A stretch of 63,954 bases of DNA, the filler included, from Octopus bimaculoides (lineage: Eukaryota): NCBI RefSeq assembly GCF_001194135.2. It is 5 parts of 5 records of this genome, joined end to end, with 100 filler letters (N's around TTAATTAATTAA, not from the genome) between each part and the next. Parts side by side here need not be neighbours in the genome. Positions count along the whole stretch, not along the records: positions 33,420 to 56,799 come from NC_068982.1; positions 56,900 to 63,954 come from NC_068989.1; 3 more parts are not named here. One strand, given 5' to 3'. The position numbers were made by a program, and so were the translations under genes. Below are positions 53,571 to 63,954 of the stretch, piece by piece; position 1 is the stretch's first letter; each line of letters starts with the position of its first letter. The notes beneath the pieces are model-generated. The model had not been told where the DNA came from, did no database searches, and saw only the letters and a program-made list of their open reading frames with translations.

Positions 53571-54039
53571 ACACTAGTTGAGATTGCGTTTGGTCTTAGT
53601 ATTTGTTATTGAGAAATACCGTCCTTGTTAATTGTTATAGAGATTAATATTGTCATTATTGAGAACATTGTTGTTGATTGAAAATAATGTTGTTGTTATT
53701 CTTGTTGTTGTTGATGATGTTATTGTTGTTGTTGTTGTTGTTGATGATGTTATTGTTGTTGTTGTTGTTGTTGTTGATGATGATGCTGTTGATTGTTTTT
53801 GTTGTAGTTGAGATCGCTTTGTGTCTCAATGTTGTTATTAAGAACATTGTTCATGTAGTTGTTATAAAGATTAATATTATTGTTGTTGAGAATATTGTTG
53901 TTGTTGTTGCTATTGTTACTGTTTTAGCTGTTGTTGTTGTTTTGTAGCAATTGTTGTTGTTGTTGTTATAAAGGCTAACGTTGCGGAGATTCATACTTTT
54001 ATTAAAGATTCCTATTGTTATCGTTGCTATCGATATTGC

Positions 54040-54700
54040 TGTTGCAAACGTTGTTGCTGTTGCAAACGTTGTTGCTGTTGCAAACGTTGTTGCCGTTGTA
54101 GTTGCTGTTGTTGCAAACGTTGTTGCCGTTGTTGTTGCTGCTGTTGCTGCTGTTGCAAACGTTGTAGTTGCTGCTGTTGCAAACGTTGTAGTTGCTGCTG
54201 TTGCAAACGTTGTTGCCGTTGTTGTTGCTGCTGTTGCAAACGTTGTAGTTGCTGCTGTTGCAAACGTTGTTGTTGCTGCTGTTGCAAACGTTGTAGTTAC
54301 TGTTGTTGCAAACGTTGTAGTTGCTGCTGTTGCAAACGTTGCAGTTGCTGCTGTTGCAAACGTTGCAGTTGCTGCTGTTGCAAACGTTGTAGTTGCTGCT
54401 GTTGCAAACGTTGTAGTTGCTGTNNNNNNNNNNNNNNNCAGTTGCTGCTGTTGCAAACGTTGTAGTTGCTGCTGTTGCAAACGTTGTAGTTGCTGTTGTT
54501 GCAAACGTTGTAGTTGCTATTGTTGCAAACGTTGTAGTTGCTGCTGTTGCAAACGTTGTAGTTGCTACTGTTGCAAACGGTGTAGTTGCTGCTGTTGCAA
54601 ACGTTATTGCCGTTGTAGTTGCTGCTGCTGCAAACATTGTAGTTGCTGCTGTTGCAAACGTTGTAGTTGCTGCTGTTGCAAACGTTGTAGTTGCTATCGT
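54040..54700. repeat. 24-bp minisatellite GTTGTAGTTGCTGCTGTTGCAAAC with in-phase variants; minus strand reads (TTFATAAT)n
   Basis: Direct reading; ORFs 54002..54754 and 53851..54504 (-) overlap across a 15-N gap. Confidence 0.92.
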
Positions 54701-55007
54701 CCTTATAGTTGTCGCTATCATCATCGTTGTTGCTCTAGCTTGTGTTGCTATCACTGTTATTCAGGGCTCAGCCTTCATTGAGCAGATACATGATCAAAGG
54801 CGTTCCACTTGTGACAATCCCGTCTTTTTGTATACGTATCACTACATCGTCCAACGTGTCTTTCTTACAAACGATAGGCAAGACCCAGATGAGTGAAGTT
54901 TTACTTCCTATTTCAAGCAAATGCGCATCCTGTTCAGTGGCTCCCTCTATAGTGAGAACGGGAGTGAGATACGAAATTTGTTCAAATTATCGTTGGTGTT
55001 GTTTTAT

Positions 55008-55867
55008 TCTTTTACTTGTTGGAGTCATTTAACTTCGGCCATGCTGGAGCACCACCTTACATAGTTTTTAACCGAAGAAATCGACACCAGGACTTATTCT
55101 TTGTAAGCCTATGATTTATTCTATCGTTCACTTTTGCCAAACCGCTAAGTGACGGGGGACATAAACACANNNNNNNNNNNNNNNNNNNNNNNNNNNNNNN
55201 NNNNNNNNNNNNNNNNNNNNNNNNNNNNNNNNNNNNNNNNNNNNNNNNNNNNNNNNNNNNNNNNNNNNNNNNNNNNNNNNNNNNNNNNNNNNNNNNNNNN
55301 NNNNNNNNNNNNNNNNNNNNNNNNNNNNNNNNNNNNNNNNNNNNNNNNNNNNNNNNNNNNNNNNNNNNNNNNNNNNNNNNNNNNNNNNNNNNNNNNNNNN
55401 NNNNNNNNNNNNNNNNNNNNNNNNNNNNNNNNNNNNNNNNNNNNNNNNNNNNNNNNNNNNNNNNNNNNNNNNNNNNNGTTTTCAAACTGTAGTCCGCGGA
55501 CCACAGGGAATCCGCAAGGACAAGACAGGGGGTCCGTGGACAGCAAATACTTTTTATGGGCAATTTGATTTTATATATGTTTTTTAATCGAAATCTTTTA
55601 ATTGACAATAAACCTATTTTGTTAAATACTGTTGAATAAATAAATGTAAAAATATATGTTATTTTAAGCAAATATTTATGTATAAATTTCATAAGCGTTT
55701 ATAAGGGGGTCCCTAAGGTAAAGCCTGAAATATAAAGGGGTCCGCAAGTCAAAAAGTTTGAAAACCCCTGGTATAAGACACTTGTCCAAGGTGCCATTCA
55801 GTGAGACTGAACCCGAAACCAAGTGGTTCGGAAGCAAGCTTCTTACCACACAGCCATGCCTGCACCT
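55008..55867 (-). mobile_element. SINE-A spanning a gap, with a nested hAT MITE
   Basis: 3' half at 55008-55169, head at 55771-55867. Confidence 0.8.
55477..55770 (+). mobile_element. hAT-type MITE
   Basis: Left ..GTTTTCAAACT (start lost in gap), right AGTTTGAAAACCCCTG. Confidence 0.85.
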
Positions 55868-56511
55868 ATTTATTTGTTTTTTTGCAGATTATTATTTTCA
55901 TGATTGATTTTTGAAATCGATGTTGTTATCGTTGACTTGCTGTAATTGTTATGTTTGACAATGTTATTGTTGCTGGTATTTTTCGCGGTTCTTATTGTTG
56001 TTAATCTTCTTCTAATTCTCGTTGCTATCGCTGTTGTTATTGTCGCTATTGTTGTAATGTTGCTAATTGTTCTTATTGTTCTTGTTTCTCTCCTTATTGT
56101 TGTTGCGATTGTTGCTGTTGATATTGTAATTCTTCTTCTTTTATTCTTGTTCTTATTATTGTTGTTGTTCATTTTATCATCTTTGTTATTGTTGCCCTTA
56201 CTATGACTATTGTTTATGCACTGGAATCTATATAATCGACAAACTCCCTTACTCCAGTTTTCTGGCTTTGTGCCTATAGTAGAAACGATTATTATTGTTT
56301 ATAAGAAAGCAGTTGTTCGATTCCTAGTCGAGACCCTCATCGTTGTTATTGTTGTTGTAAATTGTTATTGTTGTTATTATCATTATTATTATTGTTGTTA
56401 TTGTTCTTGTTTGTTGTTAAGAATACGGTTGTTATGCAATTGAGATTCACATAGCTGTTATTGTTTAAAAAATAAAATGAATAAGAGAAATCAATATTAT
56501 TGTTATTGCTA

Positions 56512-56717
56512 AAGCGACGAGCTGACAGAATCAATTAGCACGCCGGACAAAATACTTAGAGGCATTTCGTCCGTCTTTACGTTCAAATTCCCCTGGGGTC
56601 GACTTTGCCTTTCATCTTTTCGGGGTTGATTAAATAAGTACCAGTTGAGTACTGGGTCGATGTAATCGACTAGTCCCCTCCCCCCAAATTACAGGCCTTG
56701 TGCCTATAGTAGAAAGG

Positions 56718-56799
<82 letters not shown>
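56512..56799 (+). mobile_element. SINE-B with long (TTA)n tail
   Basis: GCGACGAGCTGACAGAATC...CCTTGTGCCTATAGTAGAAAGGA(TTA)n. Confidence 0.9.
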
Positions 56800-57200
56800 N
56801 NNNNNNNNNNNNNNNNNNNNNNNNNNNNNNNNNNNNNNNNNNNTTAATTAATTAANNNNNNNNNNNNNNNNNNNNNNNNNNNNNNNNNNNNNNNNNNNNG
56901 GTGATGGTGGTGGTGATGGTGATGGTGATGGTGGTGATAATGGTGATGATGGTGGTAGTGGTGGTAGTACTGATATTAATTTTTCTTAAATTAGCTTTAA
57001 AATATTACCTTAATTTAACATACACACATACATAGACCTATATCTACATAATCCCCTCCACACACACCCACACGCAAAAACATACATACATACATACATA
57101 GACGTGTATATATATATGCGCGCGCGCGCGTGCGTGTACGTGCGTGCACCAGCGCGCATTTCAATTAGTAATAGAAAGACAAAGCTAATTTCTATTTACA

Positions 57201-57483
57201 GAAAGCGACGGAAGTACCGGTTGCATCGCTTATCACATATCTTTCGGTTCAACAACTACGGGAAAAGGCCATCGAAGTTGGCTGTGTCCAAATTCCTGAA
57301 TCCTAGCACGGAACCATTGTTGGAAAGTGGCCGCAAGCTACTTATATATACGCGCGCGCGTGCATGTGTGTGTGTGGTGCTTCTATGATCCAAAAATTTA
57401 GGCACAGTCTCAGCGAGTTTCCTTGTAGTTGCTGAAGCAAAAGACTTATGATGTATGACGTCACCGGTACTTCTGTCACTTTC
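57201..57483. repeat. Long imperfect inverted repeat, arms 57201-57306 and 57383-57483
   Basis: Outer 21 bp have 2 mismatches; the arms align at roughly 75% by eye. Confidence 0.75.
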
Positions 57484-57499
57484 CTTAAAAAGAAATAGC

Positions 57500-57800
57500 A
57501 AAAGGTGTCATACTATATCTGCAACTTGATATTTGCACTGTCTTTCTTTTCACTGATGACGTGTGGTCGTTTATATGATAATTTTCTGCCAAACATAGAT
57601 TGCACCGTTTTGAGCTATTATTGTATATAGTGTCTCAGTCGAGATCATGCAATGTCTGTACACTCCTTCTATGAGTGATAATGTCTTTTTTACAGTGTTT
57701 CAAAGATATCATGTGATGGCATGCACAACTAGAAATCAAACTTTGTTGCACAAAATCTCAATTCACTGCTGGCGGCTGACCAATTACGCTGCATATTTAT
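57500..57800 (-). mobile_element. Penelope-like element C-terminal remnant
   Basis: YNNSSKRCNLCLAENYHI...KRKTVQISSCRY resembles the C..C / NKR.E..S.CRH block after the PLE GIY-YIG domain. Confidence 0.6.
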
Positions 57801-58717
57801 GATATACAATAAGTACAACTTATAGTTTCCTAATCTAAAATATCTATCATTGGCTTCGCAGCGTTATTGAAGCTTTTTATTCCTCAAAATGTGACCCTGT
57901 ACATAAACCACAATAGATTGATGAATGAGTGCAATATCGAATACAGTGTGCTGTCTGGAAACAGATAAACAAAGGATGCAATAGATTTGAACGCACTGCT
58001 ATTCATGTGCGTAATATAGGCATAATATATTCATGCAGATGGCGTCTCTGAGCCATTGTTATCATTACTGTTTAGGCTCAGGGTTAGCTCTTATGGAACT
58101 GCTCTATAATAAAGAAGAATATTCAAGCTGTGATCATCTCGTCTTTATCTTGCGTTTTGTATATATGAGACTAGTTATTTACTGTGATCTCCGGTTTGGA
58201 AGACGGTAGGCATGTAATATAAAGAATGGATGGCTGCTATTTCTTGCAGACTTTGTAGAAGCCCCCTCATTGAATCATTAGTTAATTAGCTTCAGTGATT
58301 AAGTTTTTAGATATGCTAATTTTCACATCTGCCTGTGTACAATATTGTACACATCTACACATGGGACATTGTGACTGTCCCATCACTATATCGTCAGCAA
58401 CAACAGAGTAGTATATGCTCCCCTGAAGGGATATAATAATAACGAAACATGTCCGGAGTTGCCTTCCGTATTTGCCAAAATGACTAAAATAGAATTAGCC
58501 ATTGAACTGCTAATGTTCTCATTTCCTCGCCGTAAAAGTTATTCTAATTCAGTGTATTCAAAGCTCACCACACTTAGTATGCTAACATTAACTTAAATAG
58601 GCTTTTGTTTTGTTTTTGTTTTTGCTTTTTGTTTTTTTTTTGTTTTTTTTCGCGAATGGCACTTTTCAGTAATTAATAACCTCAGTAATTTTGCTGGTAG
58701 GTTGTTTTTTGTTTTTG

Positions 58718-58757
<40 letters not shown>

Positions 58758-59291
58758 TCAGTATGTAATAAATTCGATCATTTCGTTTCTACAGTATGTA
58801 CTCTACTGTTTTCTTTGTTGTTGCCCTTGCTACTTGCTGCTTATTAGGCCAAGAGAAAATTTTCTAGCTCAATTGCTATGATTACTGATGTGCATCGGCT
58901 ACGAATTTTAACGGCGTATTTACATTTAAGACTATTAGTAATAAAGTTTTCATAACGATACATTGTATATCAAATGATGTAATAATGATTTAAATGATGA
59001 ACAAGTTTGAGTATTTTCGATGTTTTAAAAATCTTAAATAACCCCAGTAGGGTTTAAATATGGTCCTCAGAGAAAATATTAAGGAGTTAGTTTTTAGCTA
59101 TTGAGGAAGGAACCAGTTCTATAATCAGATTTAGTTAACTTCTCAAAAACTCGGTGTTATAATTAACCCCCATTCCTTACATCATTGTTACTGAATTATT
59201 TTAACCAACCCTCCTTTTCAATTAAGTTCTGATCAAGACGTTCGCTGATCAAAAGTGTTTCGTTCGTAATCATTCTGTCTGTTGTTTTTCA

Positions 59292-59332
<41 letters not shown>

Positions 59333-59349
59333 CATCATCATCATCATCA

Positions 59350-59424
<75 letters not shown>

Positions 59425-59431
59425 CATGCAA

Positions 59432-59642
59432 GGCGGCAGGGTGGCAGAATAGTAATTCGCCGGGCGAAATGCTTAGCGGTATTTCTTCTGTTGCTACGTT
59501 CTGAGTTCAAATTCCGCCGAGGTCGACTTTGCTTTTCATCCTTTCGGGGTCGATAAATTTCATCCCAGTGAAACCCTGGGGTTGATGTAATCGACAAGTC
59601 CCCTCCCCACAAATTTCAGACCTTGTGCTTTTAGTAGAAAAG

Positions 59643-59690
<48 letters not shown>
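59432..59690 (+). mobile_element. SINE-B embedded between (TTA)n arrays
   Basis: (TTA)n at 59291-59421 upstream and 59643-59690 downstream. Confidence 0.9.
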
Positions 59691-59692
<2 letters not shown>

Positions 59693-59995
59693 ATGCTACA
59701 TTAGCACGGACGATGTCTTCTTGTGGTTTGATGGCAACAAGTATCCTCAAATTTCAAGAATCTTTCTTAGGGTTCTTGCAGAAAACAGGATTGTATTTTT
59801 TCTGAAAGTCGACAACGCGTGTCCTAATTCCAATATCCCTAAGTTTCTTAGGTAGCAGTTTAGGTTCTGTACAAAGTGCACCAACTACTACAGGAATAAT
59901 TGTCGTCTTAGTCATCCACAGTCTCTTAGTCTTTCTGACTAAGTCCTGATATCTCTAAATTTCCTTAATTTCTTTGATATCCACTTTATAATTAT
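59691..59995 (-). mobile_element. R4/Dong-clade 3' fragment (second family), ending on (TAA)n
   Basis: RYQDLVRKTKRLWMTKTTIIPVVVGALCTEPKLLPKKLRDIGI...TILFSARTLRKILEI*; stop at 59747-59749, ~57-bp 3' UTR. Confidence 0.85.
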
Positions 59996-60171
59996 ATGGT
60001 ATTGCTCAGTCTATGACCTTACAGTTTTTCTTTTCTCTTTTCTTTTGTTCTTCTGTTTTTGTCCTTTTGGGTTTGTTGTTACTAATTTAACTGTTATTAC
60101 TATTTTCATAATATTTAAAAAGGCGGTAGTTAAATAGTGGAATCGGCAAAGTGTACTGTGATGTCTTCTTT

Positions 60172-60311
60172 ATTTCATCGAAATAGCCATATGGGCTGTA
60201 CACAGAATTGCCAGAAGCACAGCGGGCTGGACAAAAATATTAATGACAAGAAAGATAAGGTATGGATGATATAAATGAGAGGGGTATTCGGCGCCCGCCG
60301 ACAGAAAACCC
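60172..60311 (-). mobile_element. 5'-truncated non-LTR insertion related to 3879-4050, with 16-bp TSD
   Basis: TSD CTGTGATGTCTTCTTT at 60156-60171 and 60312-60327; shares CGGCGCCCGCCGAC, CGGGCTGGACA and ATTTCAT with 3879-4050. Confidence 0.8.
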
Positions 60312-60332
60312 CTGTGATGTCTTCTTTTAACC

Positions 60333-60546
60333 CGGTGGTTCTCAACTGGGGTCCATATGACTCCTGGGGGTCCATATAAGATTTTGGGAGATTCGAGCAC
60401 CAAAATAGTAAATTGGAGATTCATCATTGTATTTTAAGGGCCCCTAAAAAATTTTTGTTTCGAACATTAAATGGCTATGGGGTCCACCAGAATAAAATAG
60501 TAATCAAAAGGGGTCCGTAAATTTAAAAAATGGTTGAGAACTCCTG
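60333..60546. mobile_element. hAT-type MITE with 8-bp TSD
   Basis: TIR C(G/A)G(T/G)(G/A)GTTCTCAAC; TSD TTTTAACC at 60325-60332 and 60547-60554. Confidence 0.92.
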
Positions 60547-61008
60547 TTTTAACCTAACTTCAAGTCCCGCTGAAGTGAATATATGATCTATGGCTCACAA
60601 ATCAAGATCATCGCATCTTATTTTGAAACAAACTGTTGATTGCGTTACCTAATTCGTCATTTCATTGGAGAGTTGGCTTCTATTTTTAGCAAGTTTGTTG
60701 GCCATGTGAAGCTGGGACGTTTCTTCATTGGCTCGATGGTGACTAGTCTAATGCAACTCATCTGTAGTCATTTACATAAGAAAATAACTAATCCGTGTAA
60801 GAATAGATATTGAATAGTCCACAAATTTGGTTCTTCATCTATAATCTTTTCTCATACAAATGACTGTGCTATTAATGGGGAAAAGAAATAAAGCATCTAA
60901 TTTTATGGCGAAACAAACGAATACAACACCATCTCCCCACCTCTCTCTCTATCTCTCCCTCTCTTTCTTTCTCCCCTCTTTCTCTCTCTCTCTCTCTCCC
61001 TCTCTTTC

Positions 61009-61069
<61 letters not shown>

Positions 61070-61950
61070 ATGCATATGTACACACACAGCTTTTCGCTGC
61101 ATAAATGAAAGGAAAAGTAACCAATGCTTATTGTAAAGAATATTTATTTATTGCATGCAGCTGGTTTCACCGATNNNNNNNNNNNNNNNNNNNNNNNNNN
61201 NNNNNNNNNNNNNNNNNNNNNNNNNNNNNNNNNNNNNNNNNNNNNNNNNNNNNNNNNNNNNNNNNNNNNNNNNNNNNNNNNNNNNNNNNNNNNNNNNNNN
61301 NNNNNNNNNNNNNNNNNNNNNNNNNNNNNNNNNNNNNNNNNNNNNNNNNNNNNNNNNNNNNNNNNNNNNNNNNNNNNNNNNNNNNNNNNNNNNNNNNNNN
61401 NNNNNNNNNNNNNNNNNNNNNNNNNNNNNNNNNNNNNNNNNNNNNNNNNNNNNNNNNNNNNNNNNNNNNNNNNNNNNNNNNNNNNNNNNNNNNNNNNNNN
61501 NNNNNNNNNNNNNNNNNNNNNNNNNNNNNNNNNNNNNNNNNNNNNNNNNNNNNNNNNNNNNNNNNNNNNNNNNNNNNNNNNNNNNNNNNNNNNNNNNNNN
61601 NNNNNNNNNNNNNNNNNNNNNNNNNNNNNNNNNNNNNNNNNNNNNNNNNNNNNNNNNNNNNNNNNNNNNNNNNNNNNNNNNNNNNNNNNNNNNNNNNNNN
61701 NNNNNNNNNNNNNNNNNNNNNNNNNNNNNNNNNNNNNNNNNNNNNNNNNNNNNNNNNNNNNNNNNNNNNNNNNNNNNNNNNNNNNNNNNNNNNNNNNNNN
61801 NNNNNNNNNNNNNNNNNNNNNNNNNNNNNNNNNNNNNNNNNNNNNNNNNNNNNNNNNNNNNNNNNNNNNNNNNNNNNNNNNNNNNNNNNNNNNNNNNNNN
61901 NNNNNNNNNNNNNNNNNNNNNNNNNNNNNNNNNNNNNNNNNNNNNNNNNN

Positions 61951-62023
<73 letters not shown>

Positions 62024-62149
62024 ATATATATATATAATTTATATGTGTGTGTGTATGTATGCTTTTAAATATATATTAATATGTGTGTGTTTATATATGT
62101 ATATACATATATATACATATATATACACATACACACACACATATATATG

Positions 62150-62182
<33 letters not shown>

Positions 62183-62899
62183 GTATGTATATACATACAT
62201 ATATATATGTGCAAGAAACAAGGACCACATTATAAATATTTCTTTTTCCAATATGTGGAAGAGAGCGTTTAAGGGAGGTTTGTCTGTAGTTTCTATGATA
62301 TCCGACCCCCAAAAGAGCATCCCACAACCTCTATTTAGGGCTTCCATGAGTGGTAAGAGGAAGGGAAACGTAATCATCAGAGCAGAGACCTTGACTCAAA
62401 TGATTGCAACAGCGTTACTGGATTGTTTGGTACAATCCTTACAATTCCAAATTGACATTCAATATACAAATGCGTCGTAGTAGTTTTCTGGGATTGTGTT
62501 GTATAGTACAACAAGTTCGGATTACTAAACTTGTAGTGATATGAAATATGTGTGTTATAGCTTTTTGTAACAATAAAATATAACCCACGCAGGTCCAAGC
62601 AATATTTAACAGAGTATTTTTGCTTCGTTGTATATTTAGTTTTTGTGCATGAGACGCATTTTTACCTACAAAAAAAAACTGTCTCAAAAAACCACTTCGG
62701 ATCCTGTATACGATGCTGATCCTGCCATAAGTTAATGTTGTCCCTAGCGCGCACGTTTTCCTGAATATACGCTTCAGAAATTTGGGTTCGACTAATATGC
62801 CCGCGGGTCTTTTATACCATCAAATATGGTATTGTCTTGGATTCACTGCATTTAGCTGGATGATTGGGATGTCATATAGGACTTCTACAGTCCATGACG

Positions 62900-63215
62900 C
62901 GTGTGATTATAATGGTGTTTGGAGATTGACTGGAAGGAGTGGAGTGCAATATAGGACTGGCATAATCGATGATGGATGTGATTATAACGATGTTTGGGGA
63001 TTGATTGGAAGAAGTGGAGTGCAATGCAGGACTAGCATAATCGATGATGGATGTGATTATAACGGTGTTTGGGGATTGATTGGAAGGAGTGGAGTGCAAT
63101 GTAGGATTGGCATAATCGATGGAGGATGTCATTATAACTGTGTCGTGAGAGTGATTGGAAAGATGGAGTGCAATGCAGAACTGGCATAATCGATTATGGA
63201 TGTGGCTATAAAAGG
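62900..63215. repeat. 75-bp minisatellite, about 4-5 copies
   Basis: TGTGATTATAA-like anchors at 62902, 62977, 63052, 63127 and 63201. Confidence 0.92.
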
Positions 63216-63436
63216 TATGTAGAAATAACTAGGGAGATTAGAGTGCCATGAAGGACCGACATAATCCGTGATACACGTGATTATAATGTTGGTGTGATGC
63301 TGACGTGAAACACTGAGTGCCAGAGAGGATTGACATGACATGGTTGATCTAATAATAATGGTTGTGTGATAATGTCGGATGAGTAAAAAGAAAAGGAGAA
63401 TAGAATGAAATAAACTAAGACGGTGGGGGGGGGACT

Positions 63437-63465
63437 AAAGAAAGAAAGAAAGAAAGAAAGAAATA

Positions 63466-63515
<50 letters not shown>
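63437..63515. repeat. (AAAG)n microsatellite
   Basis: Direct reading. Confidence 0.95.
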
Positions 63516-63516
<1 letters not shown>

Positions 63517-63954
63517 GCAGTGACATATGACAGAAGGGGGCGTTGCAGTTATTTTTGATAGGAAACATAGACCGCCGCCATATCTTTCGAATTGCATAAT
63601 AACAATGCGTTTCTATAGCAACAATTACTATAGAAATGATGCTGTTGTCGTTATTGGTCGTCATAGTAGTAGTGGCAGTCGTTGTTGTTGTTGGTGCTGT
63701 TGTTGGTGCTGTTGTTGTTGCCGAAGGTTTCCTGAAATTATTGCTGCTTCGTTACTCTAAAGCAAGCTTGTAACCCTATACAGAATTTTTCGGGCCATTG
63801 CCGAGCCCTAGAGGTATTACGTACACTCACGTGCACATACACACACTACCATATGGATATAGCTTTTTTCATCATTAAGCAGTTGATGTTCTTTATAATT
63901 ACGTTCGTATGTATGTATGTATGCTTGTGATCGCGTATATATATATATATATAT

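Overview
Repeat-saturated, AT-rich animal genomic DNA with about 22 assembly gaps (~8 kb of N). The mix of tRNA-derived SINE families and dense (TA)n/(CA)n/(TAA)n/(GATA)n microsatellites resembles an octopus-type cephalopod draft scaffold; this is inferred from composition, not searched. No recognisable intact host gene was found. The only host-coding candidate is a 35-codon terminal exon at 2248-2355 (-), and nearly all listed ORFs are microsatellite or gap artefacts. Real content: at least five SINE families (labelled A-E here), four R4/Dong-clade RLE retrotransposon fragments, RTE, Penelope-like and mariner remnants, several hAT and Tc1/mariner/pogo MITEs, and minisatellites. The most interesting observations are: (1) a 267-bp element bounded by 34-bp inverted repeats that contains a minimal hammerhead-ribozyme core and three further hairpins, plus other hammerhead-like motifs in the window; (2) a non-LTR element 3' end found twice at the same position just after the A box of SINE-A; (3) R4/Dong fragments docked on (TAA)n arrays, one of which is also the tail of a SINE-B copy.
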